This document shows positions 28,983-39,900 of a DNA stretch of 45,579 nt, one piece after another. The notes under the pieces are model-generated. The model ran no database searches, was not told where the DNA came from, and saw nothing but the letters and a program-made list of their open reading frames with translations. Origin of the DNA: Acidimicrobiales bacterium (GTDB taxonomy: Bacteria > Actinomycetota > Acidimicrobiia > Acidimicrobiales > CADCSY01); assembly GCA_025463335.1 (NCBI GenBank), contig JAOBWJ010000185.1:1-45579 (forward strand). Reading direction: 5' to 3'. The number at the start of each line of letters is the position of its first letter. Positions within the stretch are counted from its first letter, which is position 1. The translations under genes and the position numbers were made by a program.

Positions 28983-29693
28983 CTACCTCGGGGGCAGGTA
29001 GGAGCGGAGGAAACCGACGCCGCACTCATGGGCCTTGACCACCAGCTCGACTCGGCTACGAGCGGCGAGCTTGTCCCTGAGGTGCTGCACGTGCGTGCGG
29101 ACGGTGGCGAGGGAGACGACGAGGCGGTCGGCGATCTCCGCGTTCGTGGCTCCGGCGGCCACGAGCACCAGCACCTCCAGCTCGCGCGCGGTGCACGTCG
29201 AGGGGAGCGGCTTGGGTCCGTTGGCGGCGACGTGATCGAGGAGCCACCGCTGCACGATCGGTGACATCGCCGGCTCGCCTCGGGCGACGGATCGGACGAC
29301 GCGGGCGAGGGCCTCCGGGCTGTCCGCGGTCGTGCAGAACCCGGTGGCGCCGGCACGGAACACGTCCAGAGCAGTGCGTTCGGCCACCGTCATCAGCACC
29401 AGCAGCCCCGGGCGACCGGGAACGCCGACGAGTGCTCCGGCCGTGGACACTGCGTCCGCGCCCAACGTGGCCAGGTCGAGCACGACCACGTCGGGGCCGA
29501 GGCGGTCGACGGTGTCCACGGCCGCGCCGCGGCCCGTCACCCGGGCGATCACCTCGATGCCCTCCTGGGTTGCGAGGTTCTTCACCACGCACTCGCCGGC
29601 CATGGCGTCGCCGTCGACCACGACGACCTCGGTGTTCGCCCCGTCGCGACTGAGCGCGAGTGGGGGCGCCGTCGGGGGGACCGCACGTCGCAT
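28983..29693 (-). CDS. Orphan NarL/LuxR-family response regulator with an atypical receiver domain
   Basis: PDVVVLDL receiver; C-terminal TARELEVL..VA.G.TN.EIA..L.VS..TVRTHV HTH; the conserved receiver Lys appears absent (GFCTT). Confidence 0.85.
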   Translation of the reverse strand: MRRAVPPTAPPLALSRDGANTEVVVVDGDAMAGECVVKNLATQEGIEVIARVTGRGAAVDTVDRLGPDVVVLDLATLGADAVSTAGALVGVPGRPGLLVLMTVAERTALDVFRAGATGFCTTADSPEALARVVRSVARGEPAMSPIVQRWLLDHVAANGPKPLPSTCTARELEVLVLVAAGATNAEIADRLVVSLATVRTHVQHLRDKLAARSRVELVVKAHECGVGFLRSYLPPR

Positions 29694-29768
29694 CGACTGG
29701 ACCGTAACCCTTCCTTCTCCGCCGGAGAATCATCGTTTGGACCGATGGTGCCGCAACCCGATGTCTCT

Positions 29769-29783
29769 TACCTTCGGAAAGTA
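29769..29783. promoter_or_regulatory. Candidate NarL-type operator TACCTTC-G-GAAAGTA
   Basis: Imperfect AT-rich palindrome in the intergenic region between the regulator and the PKS. Confidence 0.4.
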
Positions 29784-29902
29784 CCGGCCGCTCCTGTAGG
29801 GGCCGTCCGGTCCGAAACCCCCCAATCGCACCTCCCCAGACCGTTGATCACGCCGCGAGCGCGTGCGCCTCGTCCCCGGGACCCGTAGCAAGCGAGGCTG
29901 TC

Positions 29903-32900
29903 GTGGCAGGTGCCTGTGCGCAGGGAACGCTGGACCGAGTGTGGGGGGTGACCCCGTTTGGCGTGCCGGACGCCGACCTCGCCGTCGCCGTGGCGCGGGC
30001 GGGCGGGTTCGCCCTCGTCGACGTCGGCCGTCCGGCGGTCGACGGCTCGACCACGGCCGGGTGGGACGCTGTCCGCGAGGTGGCTCGGCGCGTCGGCTCG
30101 CCGTTCGGGATCCGGGTCCCGCCGGCGCTCCCGGATGGGTTGGTGGACCTGCCCGTCGGCGTGACGACCGTGCTCATCGCCTCGTCGGATGCGATCGATG
30201 CGGCCACCGTCGAGCGGTGGCGCCCGAGGCGGGTGGTGGTCGAGGTCACGTCGCTCGACGAGGCCGAGCGGGCCGCCGCCGCCGGTGCCGACGGGCTCGT
30301 GGTCAAGGGCGCCGAGAGCGGCGGCCGGGTCGGTGTGACCGGCGCCTACGTGCTCCTGCAGCAGGTGGTCGCCGCCGTCGAGCTGCCGTGCTGGTGCCAA
30401 GGAGGCATCGGGCGACACACGGCCGCCGCCGCCATCGTCGGCGGCGCCGTCGGCGTGGTCCTCGACGCCCAGCTCGCCCGGACGCGTGAGGCTTCGGTCA
30501 TCGGTCCTGCGGCGGCGGCCGCGCTCGATGGCATGGACGGCTCGGAGACGGCCGTCGTCGGCGGCCACCGCGTCTTCACCCGGCCCGACCTCCCGAAGCC
30601 GGTACCTGACGACCCGGAGACGATCGAGTCCCGGCTCGGCACCGACCTGCCGGCCGACCTGTTTCCCGTCGGCCAGGACGGCGCCTTGGCCGCGCCGCTG
30701 GCCCGGCGCTACCACACCGCTGCCGCTCTGGTGCGAGCCGTGCGCGCCGCCGCGGACGGCAACGTCCGGCTGGCCCGCCGACTCCCGATCCTCGGTGAGG
30801 GCGCACCGTTCGCGGCCCGCTACGGGCTACGCCACCCGATCGCCCAGGGGCCGATGACGAGGGTCAGCGACCGGCCCGCCTTCGCCGCCGCCGTGGCCGA
30901 GGGCGGCGCCCTGCCCTTCATCGCCCTCGCCCTGATGGAGCCCGAGCCGGCCCGCGCCCTCCTCGAGGAGACGGCGGCGCTGCTGGGCGACCGGCCATGG
31001 GGCGTGGGGATCCTCGGCTTCGTCCCGCCCGAGCTGCGAGCCGGCCAGCTCGAGGTCCTCCGCCAGGTCCGCCCCCCGGTCGCCCTCATCGCTGGCGGGC
31101 GGCCCGCTCAGGCCCGTTCCCTCGACGAGGCCGGCATCGCCACGTTCCTCCACGTGCCTTCGCCCGGGCTGCTCGAGCTCTTCGTCCGTGACGGGGCCAA
31201 GCGCTTCGTGTTCGAGGGTCGCGAGTGCGGCGGCCACGTCGGGCCGCGGTCGAGCTTCGTGCTCTGGGAGCAGCAGGTCGAGACGCTTCTGGCGGGCGAC
31301 GTCGAGGACATGGACGTGCTGTTCGCCGGCGGCGTCCACGACGCCCGCTCGGCGGCCATGGTCGCGGCGCTGGCCGTGCCCCTGGTCGAGCGGGGGGCAC
31401 GGGTCGGCGTGCTGATGGGCACCGCCTACCTCTTCACCGAGGAGGCGGTGCGCTCCGGAGCCATCCAACCCGCCTTCCAGGACGTGGCCGTCGGCTGTCG
31501 GCGCACGACCCTGCTGGAGACGGCACCCGGTCACGCCACCCGGTGCGCCGACAGCGACTTCGCCCGCGCCTTCGAGGCGGAGCAGCGGCGGCTCGACGCC
31601 CAGGGCATGCCGTCGAAGAAGGCATGGGCGGCGCTGGAGGAACTGAACCTGGGGCGGCTGCGGATCGCGGCCAAGGGCATCCGCCGGGAGGGCGACCGGC
31701 TGGTCGACGTCGATGAGGAGGCGCAACGCATCGACGGCATGTACATGCTCGGGGACGTGGCGGCGCTGCGGTCGTCGCCCACGTCGATCGCGGCGTTGCA
31801 CGACGACGTCTCGCGGGGGAGCCAGGAGATCTTGGCCGCGGCCGAGCCCGACCCGACCCCCGTGGACGGGCGCGGCCCGCTCGACGTCGCCATCGTGGGC
31901 ATGGCCTGCATCTTCCCCGGGGCGCCGGACGGGGCCCGCTACTGGTCCAACATCGTCGCCGGGACCTCGGCCTTGACCGAGGTGTCCCCGCAACGCTGGG
32001 ACGCCGAGCGCTACTCGTCGACCGAGGGCACCGGCCAGCGCAGCACCCCGGTCCCCTCGCGGTGGGGCGGCTTCCTGCCACCGGTGCCGTTCGACCCCAT
32101 GCGCTTCGGGATGCCGCCGACCTCGCTCGGATCGGTGGAGACGTCCCAGCTCCTCAGCCTCGAGGTGGCAGCCCGGGCCGTGGCCGACGCCGGCTACGCC
32201 GACCGGGAGTTCGACCGGTCCCGAACGGCGGTCGTCTTCGGTGCCGAGGGAGCGTCGGAGCTGGCGACCGCCTACGGCTTCCGGGCCCTCGCCCCCACCT
32301 ACTTCGGCGGCATGCCCGCCGGCCTGGACGAGCAGCTCCCGGCCCTGACCGAGGACTCCTTCCCGGGTGTGCTCACCAACGTCATCGCCGGCCGGATCGC
32401 CAACCGCCTCGACTTCGGTGGCGCCAACTACACCGTCGACGCCGCGTGCGCGTCGTCATTGGCGGCCCTCCACCTGGCCTGCGGCGAGCTGCTGAGCGGC
32501 GACGCAGACATGGCCCTGTGCGGCGGCGTCGACCTCCACAACGGGATCTTCGACTACCAGCTCTTCGCCAGCGTGCGGGCGCTTTCGCCCACGGGTCGGC
32601 CCCGGCCGTTCGACACCTCCACCGACGGGATCGCGCTCGGCGAGGGGGTCGCCTGCCTCGTGCTGAAGCGGCTCGATGACGCCGAGCGCGACGGGGACCG
32701 CGTCTACGCCGTGGTGAAGGGGATCGGGGCGTCCAGCGATGGACGCAGTCTCGGCCTCACCGCCCCTCGACGGGAGGGTCAACGGGCCGCCCTCGAGCGG
32801 GCGTACCGACGGGCGGGCGTGGCGCCGAGCGCCGTCGGGTTGGTAGAGGCGCACGGGACCGGCACCGTCGTCGGCGACCGCACCGAGCTGGCCACCCTCA

Positions 32901-35900
32901 CCGAGGTGTTCGGCGACGCCGGCGCCGGGCCCGGCGCCTGCGCCATCGGCTCGGTCAAGGCCCAGATCGGGCACACCAAGTGCGCGGCGGGGCTGGCCGG
33001 GGTCATCAAGGCGGCGCGGGCCGTCTACCACGGCGTCCGGCCGGGGATCCCGCACCTCATCCAGCCGGTGACACCGGACACCGGTCGGCCGTCGCCATTC
33101 GCCTTCAGCTCGGTGAGCCGCCCCTGGCCCGACGAGGAGCGAGTGGCGGGCGTCAGCGCGTTCGGCTTCGGGGGCGCCAACTTCCACGTCGTCCTCGCCT
33201 CCCACGACGCGCCCGCCCACGGGCTCGACGCCTGGCCGGCCGAGCTCGTCGTCTTCGCCGGCGACGAGGACGAGGTGCGCGACGCCCTCGAGCGCCTGCG
33301 GGCCCGCCTGGGTTCGCGGGAGGAGCACGCCGCCGACGGGGCCCGGCTGCGGGTGCTGGCCGAGGAGCAGTGGCGGTCGGTGCGGGGGCCGATCCGGGTG
33401 GCCGTCGTGGCCGGCGACCTCGCTGACCTGGCAGCCAAGGTGCAGGGCGCGCTCGACGCCCTCGCGACACCAGGCACCCCGCCTGGCCCTGGCGTGCACA
33501 TCACCGGCGCGGGTGCGACCGGCCCCGTCGCGCTGCTGTTCCCCGGCCAGGGCAGCCAACGGCCCGGCATGCTCGGCGACCTCTTCCTGGCCTTCCCCCG
33601 GCTGGGTGAGCTGCTGCGGGAGGGGGCGCCATGGGCCGACGTGATGTTCCCCGCCGCCAGCCCCGACCCGGCCACGACCGCCGCCCAGGAGGCGGCGCTG
33701 ACCGACACCCGGGTCGCCCAACCAGCCCTGGGCATCGCCGGGCTGGCGGCCGCCCGTCTCCTCGGTGACCTCGGTGTCCGCCCCGACGCCGTCGGCGGCC
33801 ACAGCTACGGCGAGCTCGTCGCCCTGGCGGCGGCCGGCGTGCTCGACGTCGGCGACCTGCTGCCCCTCAGCCAGGCTCGGGCGGAGGCGGTGCTGGCATC
33901 GACCGGAGATGACCCCGGCACCATGGCCGCGGTTGCGGCACCGGCAGACGAAGTGCGCCGGCTGCTCGACGGCTGGGCGGGCGTGGTCGTGGCCAACGAC
34001 AACTCGCCGTCCCAGGTGGCCATCTCCGGCGCCACGACCGCCGTGCACGACGCGGTCGCCCGACTGGCCGAGCAGGGCATCAGCGCCCGGATGCTCCCGG
34101 TGGCCTGCGGGTTCCACAGCCCTCTGCTGGCGGGGGCGGACCGCCGCTTCGCCGACGACCTCGCTGCAGTCGAGCTGCGCTCGCCGCGCCTGCCGGTGTG
34201 GTCGAACTGGTCGGCGGCGCCCCACGTGGACGACGTCCAGGGGATCCGCGAGGCCCTTGCCGCCCAGGTGACGTCCCCCGTGCGCTTCCGCGAGCAGGTG
34301 GAAGCCATGTACTCGGCGGGCATTCGCATCTTCGTCGAGGCCGGCCCCGGCACCGTGCTGTCGGGCCTCGTGGCCCGCACGCTCGAGGGTCGGCCCCACC
34401 AGACCCTCCCGATCGACCGTCCGGGCGTGCACGGCATCGGACAGCTCCTGCACGTGCTCGGCGCCCTGGCGGTGGCCGGCGTCCCGGTCGACCTCGGCCC
34501 GCTCTTCGACGGGCGGGGCAGCGGCGAGACCGAGCGGGTCGCCACCGGCCGTTGGGTGATCGACGGGCCGTTCGTGCGCGACGCCGACGGGTCGCCGGTG
34601 CCGGGCGGCCTGCGCCCCGCCGACCAGGTCGTGACAGTCGGAGCACACCACCCACCGCACGACAACGAGGCCTCCGCGCCTCACGTCCACCGAGAGGACA
34701 TCGCCGTGACCGTCCCCCGTCCCGTACCCACCATCAGCTCGACCCGCGACACCGTCATGCTCGAGCACCTCCGGGGGCTGCAGGACGTGGTGGCCGCCCA
34801 GCGCGACGCCATGGCCCGCTACCTGGGCGGGACCGGCACCGCCGTCCCCGATCCCGTCACCTGGGAGGAGCCGCCGGTGGAGGCCGTGGCCCGTCAGCGC
34901 ACGACCGCCGAGGTCGTCGCCGGGCCGCCACCCGAGCTCGAGTCGGTCCCGGCACCGGCACCGGTGGCCAGCACCCCGGCCCCGGCCCCCGCACCGGTGG
35001 CCAGCGTCCCGGCGCCGCCGGTGAGCCGCACCCTCGACCGCGCCGAGCTGCTCGCCACCATCACCGCCGTCGTGAGCGAGCGGACCGGCTACCCAGTGGA
35101 GATGCTCGGTGCGGAGCTCGACCTCGAGGCCGACCTGAGCATCGACTCCATCAAGCGCATCGAGATCGTCGGGGCCCTGGCCGCCGACGCCGGCATCCTC
35201 GCCGGCGCCGACGTCGAGCTCGACGACGCCGTGGCCGAGGAGCTAGCCGCCCAGAAGACCCTCGCCGGCATCGTGGACTGGGTACTCGGCCACAGCGCAG
35301 GTGGTGACGGTCCGGTGCCGGGGTCGCCGCCTGGCGCTCCCGCTCCCGGGGCGACCCGGACCGCCCAGCCGGCGACCGAGCCGTCGCCCGTCGTCGCCTT
35401 CGCCGCCACCCCCGCCGCCCGTCCAGCGGCGAGCGAGCCGGTGGCGGCCGACCCGTGGTCTGGCGCCGGGTCTCGGACGAACGGTGCCGAGGTCCCCGCC
35501 CTGGCCATCCGGTACGTGCAGCGGGTCGAGCGGTGCGCCGCGCCCGGCGCCGACGATCGCTTCGACGGGGTGACGATCGCCGTGACTGACGACGGCCTCG
35601 GCATCGCCACCGCGCTGGCCGCCCAGCTCGAAGGGCGGGGCGCGAACGCCCGCATCGTCGGCGCGGCGACGGAGATCGGTGCTGCCGACGTCCTCGTGCA
35701 CCTGGGTTCGCTGGCCGCCGACCCGCCCAGACTCGAGACCGTCCTGGCGTCGACGATGGCGGCGATCGGGTGCGGGGTGCGGTCGGTGCTGCTCGTCTCG
35801 GGCACCGGGGGCGCCTTCGGGCGGGAGATGGTGGCCGGGCGCGATGCCAGCGGCCTGCTCCCCGGTGTCGGGCTGCGCGCCATGGCCAAGACCCTCGCCG

Positions 35901-36937
35901 CCGAGCACCCCGACCTGCGGGCCAGGTGCGTCGACGTGGAGCCGAAGACGGAGGCGTCGCTCGTCGCCGGCCAGATCGTCGCCGAGCTCCTCGCCGACGA
36001 CGGGCTGCTGGAGGTGGGCTACCAGGAGGGCCGCCGGCAGCGCCTCCACCTCGTCCCCGAGCCGTTGGAGCAGGATGGCCGGCGGGGCATCGAGCTGGCC
36101 AGCGGCGCCGTCGTCCTCCTCACCGGTGGCGCCCGCGGCATCACGGGGCACCTGTCGCGGGCGCTGGCCGGTCGTGGCTGCCGGGTGGAGCTGCTGGGCC
36201 GCACCCCGCCCCCGGCCGGGCCCGAGGACCCGGTCACCGCCCCCTGGGAAGATCCACCCGACCTCCGACGGGCGCTCATTGCCGTCGGGATCCGCCAGCC
36301 GGCCGAGATCGAGGCCCGCATCGACCGGCTCCTCGCCGAGCGGGAGGTGCGAGCGACGCTCGACGAGCTCGCCGGCCACGTCCGCTACCACGTGGCCGAC
36401 GTGCGCGACAGCGACGCCGTGGCGCGGGTCGTGGCCGACGTCTACGAGCACCACGGCCGACTCGACGCCGTCATCCACGGCGCCGGGGTCGTCGAGGACC
36501 GCCTGGCCCGCGACAAGGACGCCGCCTCCTTCGCCCGGGTGTTCGACACCAAGGTCGAGGGCGCCCACGCCCTGCTGCAGGCCCTGCGACCCGGGACCCG
36601 GGCGGTCGTCCTGCTCGGCAGTGTGGCCGGCGTCTTCGGCAACCGGGGCCAGGTCGACTACGCCGCGGCCAACGAGGCGCTGGAGGCCATTGCCTGGCAG
36701 CACAACGGCGTCACTGCCGACCGGGTGCTGTGCGCCCACCTCGGCCCGTGGGCGGGGCCGGGCATGACGTCCCCCGAGCTGGCCGAGGCCTTCCGGCAGC
36801 GAGGCATGGGCCTCATCGATCCCGAGGACGGCGTGGACTGCCTGCTGCGGGAGCTGGCGCTCGGCTCACCATCGCTGGCCTCGGTGTTGCTGATGCGGGC
36901 CTGGCCGGCGGCGCTGAGCGCGGCGGGGCCGCGGTGA
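29903..36937 (+). CDS. Iterative type I PKS, PUFA-synthase-like: 2x FMN enoyl-reductase (NMO/PfaD-like)-KS-AT-ACP-KR
   Basis: KGAESGG and PIAQGPMTRVSD/EGRECGGHVG (NMO-like barrels); KS VDAACASS, EAHGTGT, IGHTKCAAG; AT FPGQGSQ, GHSYG, GFHS; ACP DLSIDSIKR; KR GGARGIT, GQVDYAAAN. Confidence 0.93.
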   Translation: MAGACAQGTLDRVWGVTPFGVPDADLAVAVARAGGFALVDVGRPAVDGSTTAGWDAVREVARRVGSPFGIRVPPALPDGLVDLPVGVTTVLIASSDAIDAATVERWRPRRVVVEVTSLDEAERAAAAGADGLVVKGAESGGRVGVTGAYVLLQQVVAAVELPCWCQGGIGRHTAAAAIVGGAVGVVLDAQLARTREASVIGPAAAAALDGMDGSETAVVGGHRVFTRPDLPKPVPDDPETIESRLGTDLPADLFPVGQDGALAAPLARRYHTAAALVRAVRAAADGNVRLARRLPILGEGAPFAARYGLRHPIAQGPMTRVSDRPAFAAAVAEGGALPFIALALMEPEPARALLEETAALLGDRPWGVGILGFVPPELRAGQLEVLRQVRPPVALIAGGRPAQARSLDEAGIATFLHVPSPGLLELFVRDGAKRFVFEGRECGGHVGPRSSFVLWEQQVETLLAGDVEDMDVLFAGGVHDARSAAMVAALAVPLVERGARVGVLMGTAYLFTEEAVRSGAIQPAFQDVAVGCRRTTLLETAPGHATRCADSDFARAFEAEQRRLDAQGMPSKKAWAALEELNLGRLRIAAKGIRREGDRLVDVDEEAQRIDGMYMLGDVAALRSSPTSIAALHDDVSRGSQEILAAAEPDPTPVDGRGPLDVAIVGMACIFPGAPDGARYWSNIVAGTSALTEVSPQRWDAERYSSTEGTGQRSTPVPSRWGGFLPPVPFDPMRFGMPPTSLGSVETSQLLSLEVAARAVADAGYADREFDRSRTAVVFGAEGASELATAYGFRALAPTYFGGMPAGLDEQLPALTEDSFPGVLTNVIAGRIANRLDFGGANYTVDAACASSLAALHLACGELLSGDADMALCGGVDLHNGIFDYQLFASVRALSPTGRPRPFDTSTDGIALGEGVACLVLKRLDDAERDGDRVYAVVKGIGASSDGRSLGLTAPRREGQRAALERAYRRAGVAPSAVGLVEAHGTGTVVGDRTELATLTEVFGDAGAGPGACAIGSVKAQIGHTKCAAGLAGVIKAARAVYHGVRPGIPHLIQPVTPDTGRPSPFAFSSVSRPWPDEERVAGVSAFGFGGANFHVVLASHDAPAHGLDAWPAELVVFAGDEDEVRDALERLRARLGSREEHAADGARLRVLAEEQWRSVRGPIRVAVVAGDLADLAAKVQGALDALATPGTPPGPGVHITGAGATGPVALLFPGQGSQRPGMLGDLFLAFPRLGELLREGAPWADVMFPAASPDPATTAAQEAALTDTRVAQPALGIAGLAAARLLGDLGVRPDAVGGHSYGELVALAAAGVLDVGDLLPLSQARAEAVLASTGDDPGTMAAVAAPADEVRRLLDGWAGVVVANDNSPSQVAISGATTAVHDAVARLAEQGISARMLPVACGFHSPLLAGADRRFADDLAAVELRSPRLPVWSNWSAAPHVDDVQGIREALAAQVTSPVRFREQVEAMYSAGIRIFVEAGPGTVLSGLVARTLEGRPHQTLPIDRPGVHGIGQLLHVLGALAVAGVPVDLGPLFDGRGSGETERVATGRWVIDGPFVRDADGSPVPGGLRPADQVVTVGAHHPPHDNEASAPHVHREDIAVTVPRPVPTISSTRDTVMLEHLRGLQDVVAAQRDAMARYLGGTGTAVPDPVTWEEPPVEAVARQRTTAEVVAGPPPELESVPAPAPVASTPAPAPAPVASVPAPPVSRTLDRAELLATITAVVSERTGYPVEMLGAELDLEADLSIDSIKRIEIVGALAADAGILAGADVELDDAVAEELAAQKTLAGIVDWVLGHSAGGDGPVPGSPPGAPAPGATRTAQPATEPSPVVAFAATPAARPAASEPVAADPWSGAGSRTNGAEVPALAIRYVQRVERCAAPGADDRFDGVTIAVTDDGLGIATALAAQLEGRGANARIVGAATEIGAADVLVHLGSLAADPPRLETVLASTMAAIGCGVRSVLLVSGTGGAFGREMVAGRDASGLLPGVGLRAMAKTLAAEHPDLRARCVDVEPKTEASLVAGQIVAELLADDGLLEVGYQEGRRQRLHLVPEPLEQDGRRGIELASGAVVLLTGGARGITGHLSRALAGRGCRVELLGRTPPPAGPEDPVTAPWEDPPDLRRALIAVGIRQPAEIEARIDRLLAEREVRATLDELAGHVRYHVADVRDSDAVARVVADVYEHHGRLDAVIHGAGVVEDRLARDKDAASFARVFDTKVEGAHALLQALRPGTRAVVLLGSVAGVFGNRGQVDYAAANEALEAIAWQHNGVTADRVLCAHLGPWAGPGMTSPELAEAFRQRGMGLIDPEDGVDCLLRELALGSPSLASVLLMRAWPAALSAAGPR
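34946..35026 (+). repeat. Imperfect tandem repeats encoding a PAPAPVAS linker before the ACP
   Basis: GCACCGGTGGCCAGC occurs twice; protein PAPAPVASTPAPAPAPVASVPAPP. Confidence 0.6.
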
Positions 36938-39900
36938 GCCTCGCCGGCGACGAGGAGGGCGCCGTCGCCATCATCGGGATGGCGGCCGTGTTCCCGGGGG
37001 CGGGCGACCTCGACGCCTACTGGTCGAACCTCCTCAACGGAGTGGACGCCATCGGCGAGGTGCCGCCGCAGCGCTGGGATCCGGTCTTCTACGACCCAGC
37101 CGACACCGGCCCCGACCGCTTTTACTGCAAGCGGGGCGGGTTCGTCGACGGCTTGGTCGACTTCGACCCGACCGACTTCTCGATGATGCCCGCCACGGTC
37201 GACGGCATCGAGCCCGACCAGCTCATCGCCCTGGCCACGGCCGCCGCCGCCCTCGACGATGCCGGTGGCCCGGAGGTGCTGACCGCCTCGAGCCGGGCCG
37301 GCGTGGTCCTCGGCCGCGGTGGCTACATCGGGGCCGGGCAGGCCCGCCTCGACCAGCGCACGCGGGTCGCCGAGCAGCTCGTGCGTTCCCTGGGCGAGCT
37401 CGTCCCCAGCCTCGGCCACGCCGACCTGGCCGCCGTGCGCGATGAGTTCCAGAGCCGGCTCGGGCCGCAAGGAGGCGAGGACGCCATCGGGCTCGTGCCC
37501 AACCTGGTCGCGTCGCGAGTGGCCAACCGCTTCGACCTCCGCGGTCCGGCCTTCACGGTCGACGCCGCCTGCGCCAGCTCCCTGGTCGCCGTCGACCACG
37601 CCGTCCAAGAGCTCCAGGCCGGGCGCTGCGACCTCATGTTCGCGGGCGGCGTCCACCACTGCCACGACCTGACCCTGTGGAGCGTCTTCACCCAGCTCGG
37701 CGCCCTCAGCCGCCGGGGCGAGATCCGCCCGTTCGACCGGTCCGCCGACGGGCTGCTCATCGCCGAGGGCACCGGCATGGTGGTGCTCCAACGCCTCGCC
37801 GACGCCGAGCGTGCGGGCCACCGCATCTACGCCGTGATCCGGGGGGTGGGCGTGGCCAGCGACGGGCGAGCCACCAGCCTCATGCGCCCGTCGCCCGAAG
37901 GGGAGGCCGAGGCCATCCGCCGGGGGTGGGATGCGGCCAGGCTCGACCCGGCCACCGTGGGGCTGATCGAGGCCCACGGGACGGCCACGCCGATCGGCGA
38001 CGAGGCCGAGCTGTCGGCCCTGGCCGACGTCTTCGGCCCCCAGGACGGGCCCCGCGTGCCGCTCGGCTCGGTGAAGTCGATGATCGGCCACGCCATGCCC
38101 GCCGCCGGCATGGCTGGGCTCATCAAGACGGCCCTGGCCTTGCACCACCGGGTCGTGCCGCCGACCCTGCACTGCGACGAGCCCCACCCGGCGCTGGCCG
38201 CCACCCGCTTCCGACCGGTGACCGAAGCCGAACCGTGGGCCGCCGACGGTGGGCCCCGGCGAGCGGGAGTCAACGCCTTCGGGTTCGGGGGCATCAACGC
38301 CCACGTCGTGCTCGAGGAGCACGGCGTCGAGCGGCGGGCCGTGGCCCGGGCCCGTCACGGTCAGCGGGCGCGCACCGAGGGTTCGCCGGCGGCCGAGGAG
38401 CGGGTGATCCTCTGCGCGGCCGGAGATCGCGACGAGTTGCTCGCCCAGCTCGATGCCGAGCTGCGGGAGGTGGGCGCCGCCGGTCGGCTCGACCCCGCGG
38501 CGCCCCTGCGCCTGGCGGTGGTCGACCCCAGCCCCCAACGGATCGCCATGGCCCGCAACGCCGTCGCTCTGGGTGAGCCGTGGCGGGGCCGCCTCGACGT
38601 GTGGTTCACGCCCCGGCCGCTCCTCGCCGCGGGCGGCAAGCTGGCGTTCCTCTTCCCGGGCCTCGAGGCCGACTTCTCGCCCCGCATGGACGACGTGGCC
38701 GAGCAGCTCGGCCGTCCCGCACCGCAGGCAGCGGAGGCCGCCGGCCTGGGTGGCCACGGCGTCGAGGTGACGGCGCTGGGCCGGCTCTTGGAGGAGGCCC
38801 TCGGGCAGCTCGGGGTCGAACCCGACCTGGTGGCGGGCCACAGCGTCGGCGAGTGGGCCGGGATGTTGGCCACGGGGATGGTGCCGCCCGACCAGGTGGG
38901 CGACTACCTGGCTGCCCTCGACCCGGCCAACCTGCGCGTCCCCGACGTGGTCTTCGCCGCTGCCGGGTGCGGGGCCGAGCAGGTGGCGGCCATCATCGAC
39001 GGCATCGACGGCGTCGTGGTCTCCCACGACAACTGCCCCCACCAGTCGATCGTGTGCGGGCCGGAGGCGGCGGTCGCCGCCGTGGTCGCCCGGTGCAAGG
39101 CACGACGGATCCTCTGCGAGCAGCTCCCGTTCCGCTCGGGCTTCCACTCACCCATGCTCGAGCCCTACCTCGACCCCATCCGCGAGGGCCTCGAGCGGCT
39201 CTCCCTGCAGCCCGCCCGCGTCCCGCTGTGGTCGGCCACGACGTGCCGGCCCTACCCCGACGACCCCGCCGCCGTCCGCCAGCTCGCCCTGCGACACCTG
39301 GTCGAGCCGGTGCGCTTCCGCGAGCTGCTGCTGGCGCTGCACGACGCCGGCGCCCGGGCGTTCGTGCAGCTCGGGGTCGGGAGCATCGTCGGCTTCGCCG
39401 ATGACACCCTGCGGGGCCGGGAGTACGTCGCCGTGGCTGCCGCGAGTCCCAAGCGCGACGGCCGCGCCCAGCTGCGCCGGGTGGCGGCCGCCCTGTGGGC
39501 CGAGGGGGCGCCGGTCCGCATGGACGCCCCCCTGCTCGGGGGTCGCCCCGACCCCGGGCCGAGGTCGACTGGGTCCGGACGGCGGGCGCTCGACCTCGGC
39601 ACCCGGCTGGTCTCCCTGGAGGGACTGACCCTCCCCGTCGCGGGCGGCGACCGCCGCCCACCGGAGGCGCGGCGTGTCGTCGAGGTGGTGTCGGTCGAGC
39701 GCATGCCCTGGCTGGCCGACCACAGCCTGTTCCGCCAGCGCCAGGGTTGGCCGTTCCTCGCCGACCGCCACCCGGTCGTCCCGTTGACGACGATGATCCG
39801 CTGGATGGCCGAGGCCGCCGGCGCCGCCGCCCCCGGCTGGGAGGTGGTGGGGCTGGAACGGGTGCGAGCCAACCGGTGGCTGGCGGCGGCCCCGCCCTCG

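Noticed and set aside
35770-36933. N-terminal extension of PKS2, and similar long extensions of larE, glnD, the GNAT and the methyltransferase
   Set aside because: Arg/Pro/Gly-rich off-frame read-through overlapping upstream genes, typical of high-GC DNA; the real starts are at stop/start overlaps or just after -10 boxes.
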